Translations under genes and position numbers: made by a program | Source: Paracoccus suum | Lineage (GTDB): Bacteria > Pseudomonadota > Alphaproteobacteria > Rhodobacterales > Rhodobacteraceae | Assembly: GCF_003324675.1 (NCBI RefSeq) | Contig: NZ_CP030918.1 | Coordinates: 1,770,001-1,802,000, forward strand | Direction of reading: 5' to 3' | Length of the DNA: 32,000 nucleotides | Shown here: one piece after another, positions 27,758 to 32,000 of the stretch | How positions within the stretch are numbered: the stretch's first letter is position 1 | How the letters are laid out: each line of letters opens with the position of its first letter | Notes under the pieces: model-generated | What the model saw: only the letters and a program-made list of their open reading frames with translations | What the model was told of the DNA's origin: nothing | Databases searched by the model: none

Positions 27758-28213
27758 TCAGGGGACCAGCGGTTTCTTGAACCCGATATGCGTCGACGCA
27801 TAGCCCGCGCGCTCGTAAAAGCGTCGGGCGTCGGTGCGCGCGGCGTTCGAGGTCAACTGCATCAGGCGGGCACCGCCCGCGCGGGCGCGATCCTCGGCGT
27901 CCGTCAGCAGGGCCGCCCCGATCCCCGCGCCACGCAGATTGGCGGCGACGCGGACCCCCTCGATCTGCGCGCGGCAGGCGGCGGACAGGGACAGGCCCCA
28001 GATCAGCGTCAGCTGGTAGCAGGCAATCACCGCACCATTGGCATCGGTGCCGACGATCAGCTGGTTGTTGCCTTCGGCCTTCATCGCGTTGAAGGCGGCG
28101 CGGTAGTGATCGAGGCTGCCGGTCTCGCGGGTGCGGCCAAGCTCGTCATCCATCAGCAGGTCGACAACGGCCGGCAGGTCGGCATCGGTCGCGGGGCGGA
28201 ATTGCACGCTCAA
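27758..28213 (-). CDS. GNAT-family N-acetyltransferase, about 150 aa (TTG start at 28213 or GTG at 28207)
   Basis: The segment QIEGVRVAANLRGAGIGAALLTDAEDRARAGGARLMQLTSN..R..A..FYERAGY is a typical acetyl-CoA binding core. Confidence 0.85.
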   Translation of the reverse strand: MSVQFRPATDADLPAVVDLLMDDELGRTRETGSLDHYRAAFNAMKAEGNNQLIVGTDANGAVIACYQLTLIWGLSLSAACRAQIEGVRVAANLRGAGIGAALLTDAEDRARAGGARLMQLTSNAARTDARRFYERAGYASTHIGFKKPLVP

Positions 28214-28881
28214 ACGAGGGCCTCGGCGAAAGCTGCAATCAGGGCGGGGTCCTTGTCGCCGGGCGCACGCTCGATGCCGCTGCTGACGTCAACCGCGGGG
28301 GCGCCGGTCAGGCGCACTGCCTCGGCTACGTTGGCCGGGTTGAGGCCGCCGGCCAGGAACCACGGGCGGGCAAGCCGCTGACCGCCGAGCAGGCGCCAGT
28401 CAAAGGCGATGCCGTTGCCGCCGGGCAGCACGGCACCGGGGGCCGGCTTGGCGTCCACCAGCAGCAGGTCAGCGACCGTGCCATAGAGGCGCAACTGCGC
28501 CAGATCATCCGCGACGGCCAGGCCGACGGCCTTCATCACCGGTAGCCCGGTGCGGGCGCGCACCTCGGCCACGCGGGCCGGGGACTCGCTGCCATGCAGT
28601 TGGATGATGTCCAGCCCAGCCTCGGCCAGGGCGAGGTCAAGGGTGGCGTCGTTCGGGTCCACGAACAGGCCGACACGGGCGATGCCGGGCGGCACATCCG
28701 CGATCAGCGCGGCAGCGACGGTCGGGGTGATCGCGCGGGGGGAGCGAGGAAAAAAGACAAAGCCGAGATAGCGCCCGCCGGCATCTAATGCAGCCGCGAC
28801 GTCGGCGGGGCGGCTGAGGCCGCAGAACTTGATCGCGGTCGGGCGGGGTTCGGCCAAGGGATACTGCAGGCGGACAGGCAT
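28210..28881 (-). CDS. trpF: Phosphoribosylanthranilate isomerase, 223 aa
   Basis: IKFCGLSRPADVAAALDAGGRYLGFVFFPRSPR...IQLHGSE...FLAGGLNPANV. Confidence 0.92.
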   Translation of the reverse strand: MPVRLQYPLAEPRPTAIKFCGLSRPADVAAALDAGGRYLGFVFFPRSPRAITPTVAAALIADVPPGIARVGLFVDPNDATLDLALAEAGLDIIQLHGSESPARVAEVRARTGLPVMKAVGLAVADDLAQLRLYGTVADLLLVDAKPAPGAVLPGGNGIAFDWRLLGGQRLARPWFLAGGLNPANVAEAVRLTGAPAVDVSSGIERAPGDKDPALIAAFAEALV

Positions 28882-28887
28882 GGACCG

Positions 28888-29277
28888 TCAGCGACGTGCC
28901 GGCAGTGCGGGCACGCTGCTTTGCGCCGCACTTTGCGGGGCAGGGGCGCGGTCGAGAAGGGCAAGGACGTCATCGCGGGGGCGACGGCGGGCGCCGGCCT
29001 CGGCCTCCAGTTCGGCCAGGTCGCGGGCGCGACGGGTGCTTTCGGCGCGCAACTGTGTTTCGCGCAGCCATTCCCAGATGAGACCCAGGACCATTCCCAG
29101 CAGCAGCGCCAGGAAGATCACCAGGAACAGCGGCATGGTCACCTGCCAACTGCCGCCCAGATAGGCGTCAAGGTTGGCCGGGAAGGGGCGCAAGACGACC
29201 ATCTGGCGATTGGCGAGGGCCAGGACGACCAGCGCGATCGCCAGCAGTCCGAGGAACATCATGCGAATCACGCGCAT
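28888..29277 (-). CDS. lapA: LapA/DUF1049-family inner-membrane protein, 129 aa
   Basis: Start taken at ATG 29277 (MRVIRMMFLGLLAIALVVLALAN). Two TM helices followed by a charged tail. Conserved position between ihfB and trpF. Confidence 0.7.
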   Translation of the reverse strand: MRVIRMMFLGLLAIALVVLALANRQMVVLRPFPANLDAYLGGSWQVTMPLFLVIFLALLLGMVLGLIWEWLRETQLRAESTRRARDLAELEAEAGARRRPRDDVLALLDRAPAPQSAAQSSVPALPARR

Positions 29278-29341
29278 CTCACCACCCCTTTGTAGTTTGT
29301 CCCGCCGGTTCCGCAGGCGGGACACCGGGCAGGGGTGTCGC

Positions 29342-29629
29342 TTATTCCTGCCCGCCGTTCAAGCGGTCGCGCAGCAACTTGCCGGTCTTGAAGAACGGCA
29401 CATGTTTTTCTTCAACCGTCACCGCCTCGCCCGTGCGGGGGTTTCGGCCAGTGCGGGCATCGCGACGTTTCACCGAGAATGCGCCAAACCCCCTCAGCTC
29501 GACCCGGTCCCCGCGCGCCATGGCGTCGATAACCTCTTCGAACACGGTATTGACGATCCTCTCGACGTCTCGCTGCACCAGATGCGGGTTCTCGTCGGCG
29601 ATTTTCTGGATCAGCTCGGACCGGATCAT
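29342..29629 (-). CDS. ihfB: Integration host factor beta subunit, 95 aa
   Basis: [70 protein letters not shown]. Confidence 0.95.
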   Translation of the reverse strand: MIRSELIQKIADENPHLVQRDVERIVNTVFEEVIDAMARGDRVELRGFGAFSVKRRDARTGRNPRTGEAVTVEEKHVPFFKTGKLLRDRLNGGQE

Positions 29630-29834
29630 GGGGCTTCCTTATGCTGCGCGCGCGTCAGTCGGCCAGTCCTGTGCCTGGGCGGCCCGCGGCTATCCCGGAA
29701 CGTGCCGCCGGGGTCAGGTGAAAACGCTAGTGGAAGGGAATGGTTGCAAGTGGTTGGGGCGGTCCCTCCAAGCCCTGCTACGAAAAACGCCCGTTCCGGG
29801 GTCTTGGCCGGATCGGGCGTCATGGTCTTTGCAA

Positions 29835-29858
29835 GCGGGGCGCGTCATATCGCCCCGC
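29835..29858 (-). terminator. Candidate stem-loop after rpsA
   Basis: gcggggcg (29835-29842) pairs with cgccccgc (29851-29858). On the minus strand it is followed by TTGCAAAG, a weak U-tract. It lies 11 nt after the stop. Confidence 0.4.
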
Positions 29859-29868
29859 CGCTCGCGTC

Positions 29869-31548
29869 TTAGTTGCGGTTCTTCAGGGCCGCACCAAGGA
29901 TGTCGCCCAGCGACGCGCCCGAATCGGACGAGCCGAACTGCTCGACAGCCTCTTTTTCTTCGGCGATCTCGCGCGCCTTGATCGACAGGCCCAGACGGCG
30001 GGACTTGGCGTCGACGTTGGTCACGCGCGCATCGACGTGGTCACCGACCTGGAACCGCTCGGGACGCTGGTCCTGACGGTCTCGGGCGAGGTCCGAACGA
30101 CGGATGAACGATTTCATGCCGTTGTATTCGACCTCGATGCCGCCTTCCTCGATCGCGGTGATCGTGGTGGTGATGACCGAGCCGCGCTTGACACCCTCGA
30201 CCGCCTCGGAGGCGGCGTCGTTGCCCAGCGCCTTGATCGACAGGCTGATGCGCTCTTTCTCGACGTCGACTTCCTGGACGACCGCCTGGACGGTGTCGCC
30301 CTTGCGGTAGTTCTGGATGGCGTCCTCGCCGCGCTGGTCCCAGCTGATGTCGCTGAGGTGGACCATGCCGTCGATGTCGCCCTCGAGGCCGACGAACAGA
30401 CCGAACTCGGTGATGTTCTTGACCTCACCCTCGATCTGCGTGCCGGTCGGATGGGTCTCGGCAAAGACTTCCCACGGGTTGCGCATGGTCTGCTTAAGGC
30501 CAAGTGAGACGCGACGCTTCTGCTCGTCGATCTCCAGCACCATCACGTCGACTTCCTGCGAGGTCGAGACGATCTTGCCGGGGTGAACGTTCTTCTTGGT
30601 CCAGCTCATCTCGCTGACGTGGACGAGGCCCTCGACCCCGGCCTCCAGCTCGACGAAGGCGCCGTAGTCGGTGATGTTCGTCACGCGGCCGCGATGCACC
30701 GATTCGATCGGGAACTTCGAGGCGACGGTGTCCCACGGATCGGCCTGCAGCTGCTTCATGCCGAGGCTGATGCGGTGCGTTTCCTTGTTGATCTTGATGA
30801 CCTGGACCTTGACGGTCTCGCCGATCGCCAGGATCTCGGACGGGTGGTTGACCCGGCGCCAGGCCATGTCGGTGACGTGCAGCAGGCCGTCGACACCGCC
30901 GAGGTCAACGAAGGCACCGTATTCGGTGATGTTCTTGACCACGCCATCGACAACCTGACCTTCGTGCAGGTTGGCAATGACCTCGGCGCGCTGTTCGGCG
31001 CGGCTTTCTTCCAGGATGGCGCGGCGCGAGACGACGATGTTGCCCCGGCGGCGGTCCATTTTCAGGATCTGGAACGGCTGCTTCAGACCCATCAGCGGGC
31101 CGGCATCGCGCACGGGACGGACGTCAACCTGCGAGCCGGGCAGGAAGGCCACGGCACCGCCCAGATCGACGGTGAAGCCACCCTTGACGCGCCCGAAGAT
31201 GGCGCCGTCGACGCGCTCTTCCTTGGCGTAGGCCTGCTCGAGGCGGTCCCAGGCTTCCTCGCGGCGGGCCTTCTCGCGCGAGATGCTGGCTTCGCCGCGC
31301 GCGTTCTCGACGCGGTCCAGATAAACCTCGACCTCGTCGCCGACCTTCAGGTTGGCTTCCTCGCCGGGGGCTGCGAATTCCTTAAGATCGACGCGGCCTT
31401 CCATCTTGTAGCCGACGTCGATGATGGCCTGGCCCGCCTCGATGGCGATGACCTTGCCCTTGACGACCGAACCTTCGTTCGGGGTGTCGATTTCGAGGCT
31501 GTCGTTCAGGAGGGCCTCGAACTCCTCCATGGTCGCGTTCTTCGCCAT
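29869..31548 (-). CDS. rpsA: 30S ribosomal protein S1, 559 aa
   Basis: Start taken at ATG 31548 (MAKNATMEEFEALLNDSLEIDTPNEGSVVKGKVIAIEAGQAIIDVGYK). Repeated S1 domains. Confidence 0.97.
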   Translation of the reverse strand: MAKNATMEEFEALLNDSLEIDTPNEGSVVKGKVIAIEAGQAIIDVGYKMEGRVDLKEFAAPGEEANLKVGDEVEVYLDRVENARGEASISREKARREEAWDRLEQAYAKEERVDGAIFGRVKGGFTVDLGGAVAFLPGSQVDVRPVRDAGPLMGLKQPFQILKMDRRRGNIVVSRRAILEESRAEQRAEVIANLHEGQVVDGVVKNITEYGAFVDLGGVDGLLHVTDMAWRRVNHPSEILAIGETVKVQVIKINKETHRISLGMKQLQADPWDTVASKFPIESVHRGRVTNITDYGAFVELEAGVEGLVHVSEMSWTKKNVHPGKIVSTSQEVDVMVLEIDEQKRRVSLGLKQTMRNPWEVFAETHPTGTQIEGEVKNITEFGLFVGLEGDIDGMVHLSDISWDQRGEDAIQNYRKGDTVQAVVQEVDVEKERISLSIKALGNDAASEAVEGVKRGSVITTTITAIEEGGIEVEYNGMKSFIRRSDLARDRQDQRPERFQVGDHVDARVTNVDAKSRRLGLSIKAREIAEEKEAVEQFGSSDSGASLGDILGAALKNRN

Positions 31549-31753
31549 GCGGCTGAAATATCCTTTGACGTGGGTTGCTGGCCTTGCGGTTGGCTCCGCC
31601 GGTCTGTTGTGGACGCCCTTCGGTAACGACAAAGGGTCGCGGCAAAGATGCCCGACCCCTGTCATGCGGCCTGTTCTGGCCATGTCGCCTAAAGACTTGC
31701 GGCGCTCTCTACCTCACAAGCTGCCCTTGCGCAAGCGCGCAGCCCCGGTGTAG

Positions 31754-32000
<247 letters not shown>

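Overview
High-GC alphaproteobacterial chromosome segment. It looks Rhodobacterales/Paracoccaceae-like, judged by eye from the RpsA, EttA and IhfB sequences and the rpsA-ihfB-lapA-trpF neighbourhood; no search was run. The window has two parts. (A) 1-8966 is the right-hand end of an integrated mobile element, and its left end lies outside the window. Its genes all read on the minus strand. From the right they are: a P4-type tyrosine integrase with a translationally coupled excisionase-like HTH gene; a six-gene operon; a second degraded toxin-antitoxin module; a small hypothetical gene; and an ArdC-like antirestriction/zincin gene that runs off the left edge. The element ends at a 56-nt 3' fragment of a tRNA-Leu(UAA) gene (8911-8966), which I read as the att site. 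This part is visibly less GC-rich than the rest. (B) 9082-32000 is ordinary housekeeping DNA: an ABCB-type exporter, an acyl-CoA synthetase, a DsbA-like oxidoreductase, ettA, an RbsD/FucU-like gene, a four-gene BMP-family ABC importer, dnaE, alaS, a GNAT gene, trpF, a lapA-like gene, ihfB, rpsA and the start of ilvC. The main item of interest is the operon at 1904-6913. A HigA-like XRE regulator is followed by an effector / 81-aa middle component / coiled-coil ABC ATPase trio. That trio has the architecture of the computationally predicted ABC-three-component (ABC-3C) conflict systems. Two further uncharacterised proteins are coupled to it, one with a HEPN-like R-x5-H helix. The operon and a paralogous orphan antitoxin at 1272-1649 share a conserved promoter with a palindromic operator in the spacer, and each is preceded by a decayed remnant of a Gp49/HigB-type toxin gene. 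All family assignments come from motifs and architecture read by eye, not from database searches. Many long ORFs in the supplied track are antisense artefacts of the high GC content and are not called. The ArdC and IlvC ORFs are absent from the track because they run off the window edges.
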